Assembly (NCBI GenBank): GCA_976226885.1
Contig: OZ320319.1
Location: 36,580,001 to 36,644,000 of the forward strand
DNA: 64,000 nt
Origin: Iphione sp. A-MEVVRFRX5
Taxonomy: Eukaryota
Direction: 5' to 3'
Part shown: positions 48,701 through 63,700 of the stretch, piece by piece
Numbering within the stretch: the stretch's first letter is position 1
Layout: every line of letters begins with the position of its first letter
The notes under the pieces: model-generated
What the model was told of the DNA's origin: nothing
Databases searched by the model: none
What the model saw: only the letters and a program-made list of their open reading frames with translations
Position numbers and translations under genes: made by a program

Positions 48701-51700
48701 TGGTCAGCATTTTTATCACGCTGTAATGAATATGTAGAGGTGACTGCTTAGTTATCCAACGCGCAGAGAATGGCAACGACTAAAATACAGGCAGGGCGTC
48801 GGCGGAGGACTGCCAGCTACAAATAACCAAGTCCCCAGTGGAATCGGCAAGCAGTACGGGAGGTGTTGACCTGTACTCCGTATGAGGCGTTTTGAATTTT
48901 TTTTTTATCTGGGTTGTACTGTGTAATGCGAATACTGAACATAATCCAACTTGTTTTTGTTATCTCAGTGGGAAGGAACGGACCAACAAGAAGATTGATT
49001 GCAGTGTCGTATGACAAGATAGGCTGACAATCTTATAGACAACGATATTCAGACAAGGCTTTCCTTTTTAATGGAACGTGGATATATTATTAGTGTAAGC
49101 ATATTTCAGTAAAGGACATAAATAAGTAACCATGGTCTTATATTAACATAAAAATGTTTTAATGCTCGTTGAAGAGCTCAGTAGAATATTTTACCATAAC
49201 GTCCACCGTTTTAACTGTGTGTTTATTCTTGCTCAACAAACTTCTCATGTATAATTTTAAACGAATCCTCAGCCTCACATATTATCCCTACGTCTTTCAT
49301 ACGTGTTTCCTTTGGATGTTGTTAAAATTGCGCCATTCCTCATTATAAGGAGTATCAATAGGCTGAACAGAGGAGTAATGTTTGAAGGTGATTGCAAGAA
49401 AAGGGTTAAATTATTAGCCATGACACCGAGTGCGACACCTTTCTTCCGTAACGTACGGGCCGAGCCGGAGACTATGTGGGATGATGAGGGCCGGATGGCG
49501 AGGTGCATTGATAAGAAAAGGTCACAAGATAAGAAAGGAGTTTCTCATGACACCGATGCAGCCGTCGTTGTGCGAGTTCTGCTGACGGAGCAAATAACAT
49601 AGTACCACTGGCTTCGCCCACCCCCACACATTTCCACGTTGTGGTCGGCTTTGAAGTCTTTCAGGTCGGCACAAAGGGCTGAAGGGCGGGAAAAAGAAAT
49701 ATTCTAGTCTAATGATATATCATCTTCTATAGAAACTTATATCTGGGCATATCGCGGATCCACACAGATGTGACATATGGCTGTATTTCCAACGAGATTT
49801 TAGAAAAAGATATTAAGTGTGTGATGAGCAATATTTACAGGTCGTGTCTTTGTTTTACCTCTCCTGCCGACAGTATCGCTCGTGTCCTATTGTGGGTTCA
49901 AAATACTGTTTATATAACATTGTGGTCGACCTTTTGCCTCGCTTTCACTGCATATTACTTGGTCACCGGGCGCCTGCCCGAGCTGGATGTTATCCAGTCC
50001 ACACTGCCACTTCTCTCCATTCGCACACACCGTCGTGGCTGTAAAACAAGGGGGGATTGGTGGCACCAATTAAAATTAATTAATCAGGCGATGCAGGCAC
50101 TTCCGTCAAATGAGTCATTTTGTACATTATTGAAGGCAGTCGGGTCACTTCGCTAGCACTCCGACCGTCAGTCTCTTCACAACAACAGTTGTCAGCATGA
50201 CATTGCGTTCACCCACGACGCCATAAAATATTGTTTATAGCCAAGCGGTGAAGCGACCGAAACTTGCTGACGAATTTGAATATTCCTAGCTTAAAACAAT
50301 GGTCAGGTTCCTATGCTGAATGATGGTGGGACTGAACATATATTATTTTATGGAGACGCCCTCCGAATTGGTCGCGAAGGATAGAACATAACGGACAGCC
50401 ATTTTCCGAGGCGACGTTTTTGGGAGAATGACTGCCGCTTGGGTCACTGAGGAGGAAAAACGAAATTCAATAAAAAAAATCGACCCTAGAATAGAATTTA
50501 GCTGGCCCGGCATTTCACACTATGGATGCCTCATCTAACCTCCAACAGAGGTTCCACATTTCAGCACACATCTCCCATTCAGCTTAATATGCGCGGGGCT
50601 TTTTTTTCCACATAAGAATGCCAAAGGCATTTAAACCACTTTTCCATATGCCATTTACATATTAATGCTGCAAGGGTGGAGGTAAGGTTCCCCCTAAAGG
50701 TTTGCCAACAGTATCCTGCTAAGAAAGCTAAGTGTTATTTTTTTAAATGTAAACGGCCAATGATCACGATATGCGTAGGTGAGGCGAGAAAGGCGATGGA
50801 TAGTAGCGTTAGAGTTGGACGGTGGCAGCTTGTGTGGCCGATCCGTCCTTTTAGTAGGGAGTCACTTGGCGTTCAGGAACATGCCGGGTTCTTGCCCTCC
50901 ATATCGTTGTGTCAGGCTTCAGTAACCAGCAGTCGACGTGGCCAAACGCTGCTATTATTTGGAACTTTTAGCCTGTCCAGGGTAAGAGGATCTAGTTCTG
51001 ACGGCGCCTGCGCTGTCACTGGTGTATGCCAACGCCCTCTATTCCAGTCAGCATTTAGAGCAGGGCGACACAAAACTGCTCGTTGCAGGCACGAATACAA
51101 ACCGATATGGCTTCTGAACTTTGCACATCTACACTTTACGGGGAAGAAATTTTCTTATTTTTCCAGATGTAATACAAGCTAAATTTTACATCTACTTGCA
51201 TTTATGGAGGGTTCTTTTTTTATTACAATCTTATTCAGTAACGAAGTCCCTGCCTGACGGCCCATCAGCAAGACTTAGTCCATACCTTGGTAAGGTATAA
51301 GTAGCTCCAGGGTTCAATAAAACAGAGCAGCTTGGCCCAGTCCCAGATAAGAACCTCGATCTCTTTTTTTCTCATTAAAACATTTAATGCTGATATGACA
51401 TCCAAGCAAGTAGAATTTCTCATTCTCATCCAAGTGACTATTTTAGGACCAATAGTTAAAATGATACACATTTTTGCTGTGGCAGTGTTACAACACCCGA
51501 AATACTTGCTCGATTTGTCTTCGTGTGAAGGGCTTAATCTCTTGCTAGCCGGAGTGTTATACACATTCTTTCGCATATCGTCATCTCCATGATGCTGTTT
51601 TTAAACATAAATGGAGGAACACCTCTGTGGTTAGGGAACTGGGATTCCAATCCACGTAGGTGACCGCTGGATTAGATTTACCGTTGCCTTTTAAACGGTT

Positions 51701-54700
51701 TCTCCATTGCAGATCATTTGTTCATGCTAATGATCATCGATTAACACGATAGACAGAGAACGGGTGCAGGTTGGAGTCAAACAGACGGGATATAGGGTTT
51801 CCTGGCCTCGGGATGTCGACAACCCTTGCATAAGCAGATATCGACTTTTGATGTCATATTATATAATCTGCTGCCCTCCCCCAGTCCAGTCAAATGCTAA
51901 AAATCGAAGATTCCCGGTGTCTTGGAATGTGAGCCGGAGCTCCACTGTTAAACGACCACAGGCAAGTGTATCTGGCGTATTTGACTTGGTATGGTCGAAA
52001 TAGTAGAGTGGAATGTCGTAGTTATTTCTCTGGCCATGGTAGACGTCAGGTATGCGTATTATTCGTAGTGAATTCAGTTAGGTAACATATGAAGGAACGA
52101 AGTGAGAGGGATAACATAATAATTGGCGGACTCTCTTGTACGTACGCCATCCTTGTCCTTCTGCACATTATGTATACGGTATGACTTCCTCTGTAAACTT
52201 TAGAATTCGTTTCTATGGAGCCATAAGGAAATCATTATAGATTCATGGAAGACACATGCGTTGCTATCCGCTTCTCACTGCGATCATAAAATATAAAATC
52301 ACTCCTCGTTAAACAGGCCATAAAGGCGTCAGGTTAGTGCGCCAGGCTCTCCGCCTTGCTGCAAACATGAAACAAACCACTGCTATAAATTGCCTCGCGG
52401 ATAGTATCAATGCCACCATTTAGCTGATGAAGCTGAATCTTTTAGGACGATGTCATTCGAGACAAAAACGTTTCAAAAAAGTTTGTTTGCTGAGCTGTCA
52501 CTGTATCGAAATCCCACGCAATGCGGCGAGGTAGCCTGCTCTTGTCATTTTGCTATTGTCTGTACCTGACGTGAACGCCAGTGACAAACCTGCAGTTACC
52601 GGCTGCGTGGGGTGGGTGGGAGGAATTTGTGTATGGAAAGTGGGGAGGAGGAGGGGGGGGGGGGGAGATTGTTGCCGAAACTTGCATTTTGTGAAGAGTT
52701 GATGTATCGGACAGTTTGCTGATCTAAGATGTAACAACGCGGGTCCTAAGCTGGAAGGCTTGGCCGGGCCCGGCGTGAGTGGACTTTGGCAGTCGCGGGT
52801 TTCTTCTGCGCGCTGCTTGACATTTCCCTCCTGCTCGCGCCGCGTCCACAGTCAGAGGCCGCCCCTGATGTTTAGATGGGCAGGAATTCGACGGAAAAGG
52901 TCAGGAAATTAGACCGAATAGACACCGAGTGCCTTTATCCGTGAGCTGACATTTTGCGTTTTGCGAAAGTAGCCCGAGAGGAAAGGAGGAAACCTACATT
53001 GGCGCGCCGAAAAACAAGTTGATTATTTCGGCAACAGGGAGACAAATGTGAGCTTTATTTTTCCACACCGTAATCCTGACGGCGACTCGGTTACATTCCG
53101 ATGTATTTTCTACCCATACCCAAAATCGCCTTATCGTGCCGGATTCCTTCAGGCTGGAGTAAAGTTTTGGTTTTATGTGGCATTCATCATTGGCATAGCT
53201 TTTTGGAGAAGTCGTTGTTTTTTGACCTTCTGTCATTCCATGTTTTAGTCGTCGCGACACGACGTTGTGATTTAAACATAATGGCTCATAAAGTCTGTCT
53301 TTTAGTTATTTATAAAGAATACGGCCTCAGCGTAGAGTCCACGGATAGTAAATCTCGGTACATCATAACACTACAGGACATTGCTTATTTATTGATCCTG
53401 ACTGATGCTTATGATGTAAAAATATAAATAGGCGAGATATTTTACATGTGAAGAAACGCCACATATTTCATACAAGGGGAGGCATAAATCCCGTGGGAAT
53501 AGATAACAAATGTTTCCTTTTTAAATAGCTGACTTCCAAGAGCCCAGAGGCGTGCCAATATGATACGCCACAATGATATTTACATAGAGATTAATGGCTG
53601 CAGAGTTATTTTTTCCCATCTGTACTTATGTTAATTTTAGTTCAGCGAAAATAAAATACAGTGGTTGGTAATGAGACACATGGGCACAGAACGTCCTGGT
53701 GGCAGACAACACCGGCTGTCTCTGTTCGTCACCTTTGTGGTCATTCCCGGCCGCAAATTGAATAGCTATCTATATTGCGAAGAACGTCACGGTGGGGGAC
53801 ACCAAAAACGGCACATCCTTAGACGTGGGACACTTTTGGCGGGAATAACACCATATTGTGGCTATACATGGAACGGTCGAGGGTTCCCAGTTGTGAGGAT
53901 CTACTGTATATACCTCTTCCTGTATGCTCATTTCTAGCAGGTAGCCAAAATGTGCCCTTCAGTGCCCTCATAGATGTGCTTTTATTCGGAAAAGGATGAC
54001 TTTTGTCCTGTTTCTGTTAGACGATGCTCTCGCAGAATTGTGAAAGCAAGCATTTTTTATTTCATTTTTTCCCTAACATAGATGTGTTGATTTAATGAGA
54101 TATGTTATTTGCGGTCGAGACGCACGGAAAAGTTTGCTTTATGTCTCCGAACGGAGCATAATAAGGTATTGAAATTCATTTGACGCCGTTCCTGGTTACC
54201 ACAAAATAATTCAATAACGGATTGTCCAGCGCTTGAAAAATAGTTCGCCATAAATCAGCGGAGGCGCCTACCAGAAAAACATGCGATGCGCTCTATGAAT
54301 AAACAAAAGTGATATCGGTGAACAGGAACATATATGGCTCATACGTGTAGCTCTATGCTGACCCTTGAAATCTATTTAGAGCAACGTGTAGGAGAAGCTG
54401 GTAGCGTGGCCAGCTGCTCACTGAAGCTGATCACATCAATCATTGCAAAACCAGAGGAGCCACTCCCCTATAGACTAGCCCCTCACTCCCCCTCCCCCGT
54501 CCCTTGTTGAAAGTGTCTGCGCTATAAAGCTAATGGCTTCGTAGTGCACTGGCCGCCATGGAAAGGTGGAAAGTAGAAAACAAAATGTAGATTCACTCTT
54601 AGAGTTAAGTAGTACCCCACGCTGTCGGTGCGTGTACATGTATATCGATTCTATCTCAATCTTTGTATTTTTGGCGTAGTATTGGCCTCCTGTAGGCCGA

Positions 54701-57700
54701 ACTGATATGCCTATATAAAATGCGAACCGTCTATTAAGTGCATCTACAGGAAACTTTCCTGTGACAGAGGAGCGTAACGCCGACAGAAGCGAGAAGTATG
54801 GAGAAAGCGCGTTTTGAATCAGGCTTTATTCCCTGTCAGTAGTATATGGAAAGTCTCCATATTCACGGGCATCTTCGCCAGTCAGAGGTTTTCATTCACC
54901 GAGTGCTATACATGTACTACTAACATTCTCGCCTGTGTTCCTCTCACAGTCGATTTGTGGTCGAGGTCTACCTCCATCGTGTGCATTTTTAATTGTCACT
55001 CCGCAGTATTAACTGGTATCTATTTTGGGAAGCTATTAGTAATATTGAAAGCACACTTTGTGAGTTGAGCTAAAACAGGGTGGGGGGGTGATGTAAAGGG
55101 GGGAAGACTGGATGCGTCGGTCGAGAGAAATCACCTATCATTGACTCGGTGTTAATGAAGTAAAACTGCAGCCCAGGAAGGCCCGGCCTAGTCTAGTCTA
55201 TTAATAACACTCCTCTGATTCCCCGCTGACCCCACCCGCCTGCCTCCTCCTACCAAACCTGTCCCCGACCTTTGCAGGTCCCTAAGGTGTCAGCATCGCT
55301 CTTCTCCAGAGGGTAATGAAGTAAGATGACATTCTAAGGATTCCGCTGGCATCTCTTTTAAATGCAAAAAGTTATAAATTTCGTCGTTCTGAGTGCAGAG
55401 TGGTCAGTTTCATATTTCAGACACTGCTAAATTTTCTGTCGTTTTGGACATTTATTTCTTCAAAAAGCTAAAGGGTGACCACACACATACACACATATGA
55501 TACATAGCAGTCGACATAGAAAAGTTTCAATTTCATACCATACACCTGCCAAAGTAGCTATTTTACTTTGGCTATAACGATCATCTGTGGCCTTTTTCAA
55601 TGTGGTAATAAACCTTTTGGTAGACAATAAGACTCTCCCGTATGGGAAGCTCTGCTGTTCCTGAAGTGGAATCGGTGGGGTGCGCTGTTGAAAATGGCCG
55701 CCATTTGATACATAATTTAGCTCTAGGAGTCATAGGCTCATTTAGCATGGCATTTATCTTAAACAATAGTCGAAACAGGCTGTTCTATTAGAAAAGACTC
55801 TGCGTAACTAATTACTATACTCAGGCAGTACATATTACACTAATGCCCCTACTGGAGTTTGTATTGATCTGACTGTGAAAATGTCGCCACCTAACGCAAG
55901 GGGTAATTACTTTGCCAGACAACATCGACCAGATGCGCCATTTGGATACAACGGTGTCATTCACCACTCGACTCTAAAATAATGTTACGTAGTTACTACA
56001 GTCCTTTCTTCTGCCGAAGTAGGTGAGTAATGTCTTTTGAGGGTATGTCTTCATAGAGTACAGGTCAGTTTTGGCGTTGTGTTACTGTCGCCCCGACAAA
56101 TCCCGCAGCATTTTTGGTTCGATGCCATGGGTACTTAGCCGAACAAAATATTCTACAGAACAAATGGCTAGTTCGAAGCACCATAGCGGGACCTGTAAAT
56201 CATCACATTAATGGGGCCCCCCGACATGGCCTGAATAAATCATGAGTGAGATATTTAATATGAGCTGTCTTAGTAGCCTTTTGCCATTGGAGGGCCCGCT
56301 GTATCAAAGGCCCTACACTATGCTGGTGAGTCCCCAGCGGCGGCCTGATAGCGGCACTCCAAGCATCCTTGCTGACATTGATAGCTAAGGCAGCTTGGCA
56401 GATTAAAGCGATGGCTCATTGCGCTGGGAAATATGGACCTACTTCATTTTTTTCGTGAAACTTAATTATTTAGTGAGTCTTGGTGTGAGATGTATTACTT
56501 TTGCAGGCCTCTCTGCATGACAGATTGATTCTTTTCCATGGTTTTTGTGCGCCCTACGACACTAACAAGATGGACGCTAAAGGAACGGTCTCTCTTTCAT
56601 CAACGGCACATTGTGATCATTTTTTTCCGATTAAAAATATAGCACTGTCGTTGAACCGTAATCGGTCTAATGTCGCTGTTGATTGTTTCTCCCGTAGTAG
56701 GATATTTTCGTTTGCACCTACCGGAATCCTAAATACCGTTATGAAAACGGACAGGTCCTGACAGAGTCAAACAAACTGTGACTAAGCCCATGACCCCTTG
56801 GTAACATTTGTTATAGATACATAGTCCACCAGGCCGTATTGACGTGGACTGGGTGAAAGCACTTTGTAACTCTCCTCGGACACAATAGCTCATTGCTTAA
56901 TGGCGACACCAACCCTAGATTGGTCCACCCTAGCCCTCAGGCAACCTTTTAACTGCGAGCCATGTTCACGCATGTTACGTTTGTGGTACTGGCCATCATT
57001 GTCTCCTATCGATTAATGAGAGTGCTCTGTGCGTCACGGTGTTGACACCAGGCTTCTCAGCACTAGCCGTTATGCAGGCAGCGGTCCTGGCCGTTGCTAA
57101 GTGTTTTGCGCCGTTAGCTGTTGATTGTTTTCTCACTCGAACTGAACCGGCGCGCCGGCCGACTGCATGCTTGTTGCGGTATCGCCCCGGCGAACGACGG
57201 CAACCAGACAATGTCTCTACCTGGTCCGGCCGGCGGCCGCCCTTCCCGTCCGCCCCCGCAGATTCCAGCGTTCGCCCGGCGGACGTTACGTCATCCACCT
57301 GGCAGTTGCACGCGTCGATTTGCTCAGCCAATCGTCGTGACTAAACGCCTTGACGTAATCAGCAGCTCTGGCCAGCCACAGCTGCTGCAGTTGGGGGGGG
57401 GGCACGGGGTCGGAGACGGGACGCAACGGAGGTTGATGGCCTTCTGTTTGAATGGCTAAGCTATTGTTAAGGGGGGGGGGGGTTTATAAATCCGCATATG
57501 ATTAGAAAACAATAATGCCAGGATCTTCATTAGTGGCGGCACTTCGCACGACGGATAACTGTATGTTTGAAACAGGCTATCTTTACCCCATGCCGTGATA
57601 TTAGCGCGGTGAATAATGCGTCACTGGCGAATAAGCGGTTTGTTTATCGGCAGTACTCTTGTCGATCCTTTAGCAACCAGAGGAACCCCTTGTAGGATGC

Positions 57701-60700
57701 GACGGTGGCGTCCTCTCCCCGCCGGCGTGTGTCCACTCATTAGCAAGCAAACATTGACCCTCAGTCAACACTCTGGCCTCCTGACCGTGACACCTCCTCA
57801 GCTCCCCTTCATTCTTGCATCCTTACAACTGGCTTTTCCCTTTGATGTGTTCACTTAGCAGTATTCCAGGCGAGCCAGTGTCAGGAGACTGTACCGTGTT
57901 GCTGTAGGTAAAAAGACGCACTATGACAAAGGCTTCAGGATAGGAATACTGTACTGTGATTGCCCTTTGAAAGGCCGATCAAAAATTACTATTTCCATCA
58001 AAGGATTTTGGTTTATGATGTGAAGTTCCTAATATGCATTGATATGTCTGTTGCTTAAAGGTGCGATCCGCTGAATGGTAAAACCCTTTTGCTGATGAAG
58101 GCAAAACATTTTCCCACCACCCGCTTACAGTGGATTACAGCACGCACTATCTAGCGGGCATTCTTTAAATGCTGCAAGCATTTATTTAACTGTACATGTA
58201 CAAATCTTTGTCATATAGAGATGCATGGAATGTGGACATTAGGGTTTGGCTCAGTCTGGTTTCCATTTTATTGGTTGTGTTATAAAAGGTAATATTTATG
58301 TAATTTACACAGTTAAACATTTTGTTACAGGCAGGGCAGTATGCCATTATATTTGCCTATTTTGGAAATCAGTGAAACCGCAGTAGTGCGCCACCCAGAA
58401 TAAAGCTGGTCTCCTGAATTGATGCAAAATTCGCCGGAACACCTCTTTTATACCGTAAAATGCCGCTTTGTGACCATACCATTTTGTGACCAAACCCACC
58501 AATTGCGCTCAGAACAGAACTGTTATCTCTGTTAACATGAACAGTCGAATGCTGCTTTGCAACCATACTGTTTAGTGACCAAACCAGCCTGCGACTAGAT
58601 GTCTTAGGGTCATTTCTATTAGACCTGAGTATCAGTTAGCGAGTGTGACAGTGACACTTCAGAAGTCCTGCTACCTCTCTAATCTTACGTATCTTACTGT
58701 AGGTAACCATCTAGTTGTCTACATGTGACCAGAGGTGTGAGATGTCCATTCATAGAAAATTTGCTACTTTCCGGACTTTTGCTTGTTGAACTCGCTGCTT
58801 TTGGGACTTTGAGATATAAGGCATGCATTTGTCACTTTATTCCAATGACGTCGAGGTTTTGACTGATATGCAACCCAAACCACTAATGCAACCACTTGAG
58901 CTCAGAATAGATGGGTTGTTGCAGACCGGCATTCAACTGCACCAGTCTGTATCTTGGAAAATCATTTGAAAATTGTATATATTAAGCGAGCGGAAATCGA
59001 CCATTTACATCCTCTACATACTTATACAGATACATGTATGTATGTGTATGGTGTGTATGTGTGTGCATGTGTGTTTGCATGTGGGTATATACATGTATGC
59101 TTCACGATACAGCAGACGATTGTCTCCTATTTCTTTTTTTGGTGGGAAATACGTGAATAACACAGGCCATCCGATTACTGCGAGTGTTACCTACTAATCC
59201 CCTACAGCCAATCCCCAAAGGGAATGAAAGGTAGTACGCTGGCAGCAGAGAACCTAGAATACCGGCTCATCGTCATTCTCTTCTCCTATTCCCTGTATAT
59301 ATGTACACGAGTGTCCCGGGGAGAATTTCCAGCGTTACCTTTCTAGGATGTACGATCAGACCTAACATCCAATGACCTGAGGGGTATATAGTGACTGAGA
59401 TGGTAACCGAAGAACCTGATTACCTAGTCTATTAACCCTGGCCATTACTCTTCACACAGTGACAGGGTTTTTACTGAACTGATAGCAGTACCATTTGAGG
59501 CTAGATTGTACGACTAAATTACAAAAAAGAAAAGAGACGGAAGATAAAACCAGTCTGAAATACGAATGCAATCATCTGTCTAATGATATTGTTGATTCAG
59601 ATATTTTCAAGGCTTTTTGCCAATGATTAAAATTACTTATTATATCTGTTGACGGGCGACTTTTAGAATCTATACTTTTGCTTGAGCCGTTGGTGAAAGC
59701 CCAACACTGTTTCGTGTGCAGCTTGTTAGTGTAAACCCTAAAAGGATAGTGCATACCATCGATAGGGGACTTCTCTGTCTCCATTTGCTTCATGTTGGGC
59801 TTTTCTAAAAGGAAGTACAATCTTCAGGTACATTTTTTCAGAATGAAGATACCTTGCAAGGTCTTTGTCGTTGTACATGTTAATTAACGAAACGCTGTAA
59901 TGTTTCGAAGTGTCGTGTATGGTCTCGGTTGGTGCCATTTTATTTGATAGGCACAATAAGATGAACACGTGTTCTTCGACATTTTAGTGTACGTGAACAT
60001 TTTTACATATGCATGCCCGGATACCCAAATAATACACGATCAGTTGTGTTTTCGTAAGAAAATATTCAGTGTGATGTTCACGATTATTATAGCAATTTCT
60101 GTCTGTTCCTTTTGCTGTATTTCATTGTAGCAGTTAGAATTTGCCATTCTGTTTCATTACAAATTATCAATCGGTATGGGTTCCGTTCCTCAGCGAACAA
60201 ATGGTTTCCTAAATAGTTTACTGGCTTTGTTTTCCCTTTTACGCTGAGATTTAATTGGTACAAATACAACGATAAAATGACCGAATGTCACTTTTAGGAA
60301 TCTAAAAACAGTGGGACACCAGCCGATGAGGGATGAGGGTGAAATGTGATGCATCAGAAACTCTTCATTCATCATTACCGGTGAGCAATCTTGCCGAATC
60401 AATGAGATGTAAATAGCAATGCGGCCAGACTCGGTTATAGCATTAGTTCTGTGCTTGTCACATTAGTTAAGACGGATAACTAGGTCGCCTCCATTGCTTT
60501 AGCCATTGGGATGGCGATGGGGAGGCCTTGGATCACGTTTTGCTAGAGACTGGTATTTTGTGCGACGCCCTTCATTCCTTCACCCTAAACACACCCTTCC
60601 TCCTCCTCCCCCCCTGCTCATTGATGGAGGAGCCGCTAGAGACCGGGCGGCCATCAATTGTTTGCAAGCTTCGATGTTACCCGTTATCAGGGCCGGTCTT

Positions 60701-63700
60701 GTCGCGCCAAGCGACCGGGCCTGAGGGGCGCCCGGTCCAGGCTCCGGCGGGGCGACCTGGGCGTCGGGAATGACAGCGGTGGGGACGGAGTTGAGGCTTC
60801 ATCGGGGTCGCCTGCGCCAAATGTGGTCCGACCAGTGGTCGCCTGGCGGCAGTCTGAGACCAGGGTGGGAGGGCTGGTGGGGGCTGGTGGGGGCACGGTC
60901 ACAAGGGACCGGTTGGTAGGCCATCAGCAGTATTTCTGGTTTGGAGCTGATCCTCTCTGCTTGCACTTAGCCATTTCATCAGAGCAAGGTTATGGTTGAG
61001 TAGGCAAGTAGGAATCTGCGGTTCTTTTTTCTTCAAGCAGCCTAACGTGGTAATTAAATCTCACAGGGAATAAGACCAACTCTTTGTAAACAGCCTCACG
61101 AAACTTAGTTTTTAAGAAAATAATATCATACGTAAAAAGTTGAACTCTCGGTCATCATTTTGGCTTTATTCGTTGGATTGGCCTCGACCTAAGTGATTCA
61201 CTAATCCGTTAAAAGGTTCATAATAGAATGTATTTTCCGTGTACAGTTTGTATATCTTTGCAGTTTAAACTTAAGTGGGAGTAGCGTTGAAACAAACCAA
61301 GCAGTATTCCGCAGGCAGTCTAGCGAAGAAAATTTCCCTTGAGATGTAAGCAGCAGACCCTGCTGGCACCCTTAGCTTGGCTGGGTGAACCTTGGAGAAG
61401 GAGAGGCCGCGTCAAGTCGGCTCTAACAAGCCTGCGATTTATGCCTTGGTTAATGGCCCACTTATCCTGTTCCGTCCACTTCACTGTACTGACCAAAGGA
61501 AATCTCGTAAGAAATAGGATGCATCACAGTGCCCCCGGCTATGAATGGTACCAGTGCTTACTATTATCATTTTCAGCCTTGAACTGCGCTGACATATCCG
61601 CAGAGGAAACGGCTTGGCTTTCCCTACAAACGATTCTCTTGCGAGGAAACGACGGCATAAAAAAAGAGCTTACGGGCTTATCGTTATTTCTCCTGCTTTC
61701 TTTGCCTTGTCCTTTCTCCAAGTTTATACACAAAGTAGAGGCTTTTTTTTCGTGAACGGACCCATTATGTTTATCTCTGTTTGATGGACATACGAAGGGC
61801 TACGGAGGGGGGATATTACAGGCTGTCCCAGGTCGCGGAGAACTCTGACTAAGGGGACGCTGTTTCGGGAAGGACATCCGAATATTTCTCCCGTGGTGCC
61901 TTGCGCGTGCAGGGCTCCCAGGCGGGCTGGCCATTGCGAATGGAGCCGGGCCAGAAGAAGCTTTACTGCGAGAGGCAATGTTTGTGGCGTGGCTGCCAAT
62001 AAGTCGGTGATGAGCGGATTGATCTATCTGTTCCTGATCAATATCCCTCGCAGTGCCAAAGGTAGCCGGGGGGGGTGGGAGCGGGTGGGGGATAGTCCGA
62101 CCTGAAGCCATGGCGCCGCAAGCTGCAGTGTGAGTGGTACATTCGGTTTTTCCTTAGGATGTGGGTTACCGTCTAGCCCCCCCCCCCTCAGCTACCTTAC
62201 CCTTTCAGCTCGCCACGCCCTCTGTTCCCTTCTCTATCACTGCAAGCCCTACTTGGTCCACTGTATATTATTACTGCCCGCCTGCAATCTGAGACCGAAG
62301 TCTGTCTATTCTGACTTCCCATTAATAATCTGCTAGACGAGTTAAGGCTGCTTACACAGTGTCTGTCTTCCTCTATTTGACCTTTGCTATCTAGACGATG
62401 TAAATATGATCTATACCTTTATTGCTTGTAGCTGTGTGTCACATATGAGCTGAAACGTATGGATTTCTTATCACAGTGATCCACTTTTTCCAATCATTTG
62501 AGTGGATTAATTCCAGAAAATATATTACACGAAAGGGAAAACCCACATTCGAAACATTATTAGCTCTTTAGATCGTATTTTTGTTTGTTTAATTTCTACT
62601 TAAAAGTGGTAGGACATGGGTGAATCTACGTTTGTGGGTCTATCGATGTGTATTGCTATGTTAATTACACTGGCCAGTCTCGACGCATGTGTGAGTAAGT
62701 ATTAATAAACATAGTGAAAAACAACGAGTTCAATAAGAGCACATTACCACCTTGGAACACGTCCCATTCTCCTTTCTGCTAGGCTACGACCTTTTCCAAA
62801 ACCTAAATGACAAAGGCTAACCAAGTGTGCTTTCGCTAAGTTCCATGGGAATAGGGAAGGCACTCTTGCTTTGTACATGGTGAAGTTGATGAGTAGACCA
62901 CACAAGAGTGCCTGGGAGTTTTAGCAGGCAGTGGCGGACCAGAGAAAGGAAGCCAATGCTAGGGTCTGATCTAAGTCAGTATTGAGCCGGCCATCTGTAT
63001 TCGAGCCACGACAAGCCGATAGTTAGCGCAGGCCCTGCCTCGACTTGCCTCACGCCCCGTCCGGCCAGCACTTGATATTGCAACTCTCGATTGAGTAAAC
63101 TTAATAAATTAGCGAGCCAAAGGTTCACAAGGCGTCATGAGGTGGAATTTATTAGGGACCTTAAATGGGACTGCCATTCAGAGGGATTGATTGTAGCTGT
63201 GTTGATTTGTGATGAGTTAGTGCATAGCTGTAGTCGTTTCACGATGTACCAACATCCAACACTCTGACTGGGTATGTCCTTGGCTTTGGTTGCCCTGCTG
63301 AAATCCCCGCATATTAAAAGGTTCTTTTCTGCAATTCATGGTCTAAAGCAAGATAAACAGGTAAACCATTAACTATCTCTGTTTTTCCCCTTTACAGCGA
63401 GAGGGATTGGGTTGGGTAGTGAAGGTGAGTGGATACACTGAGCAGTAAACGGAGAAAGAAATGTACTGGTCTTATCTCTCTCTGCTTCGTTAGGCTCTTG
63501 CCAGCAGAGAGTTTCGTCCACCCATTGGGGCGATACATGGGAACAGCTCTCCGTGATTCTATTTATAGACAGACATTGATCACCAGCCACCGTGTATGTG
63601 ATAGCTTAATTAATGAACAATGTTCGGACGATTCTCATACTTCCTGCAAGGGGGCACAAAGCCAAGAGAATCTCGCCTTGGTGCCCGATCTCTTTCACCT

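Noticed and set aside
62110-62135. gccATGG...GT|GTGAGT mini-exon (MAPQAA)
   Set aside because: Very short, phase differs from the other candidates, and it could be chance.
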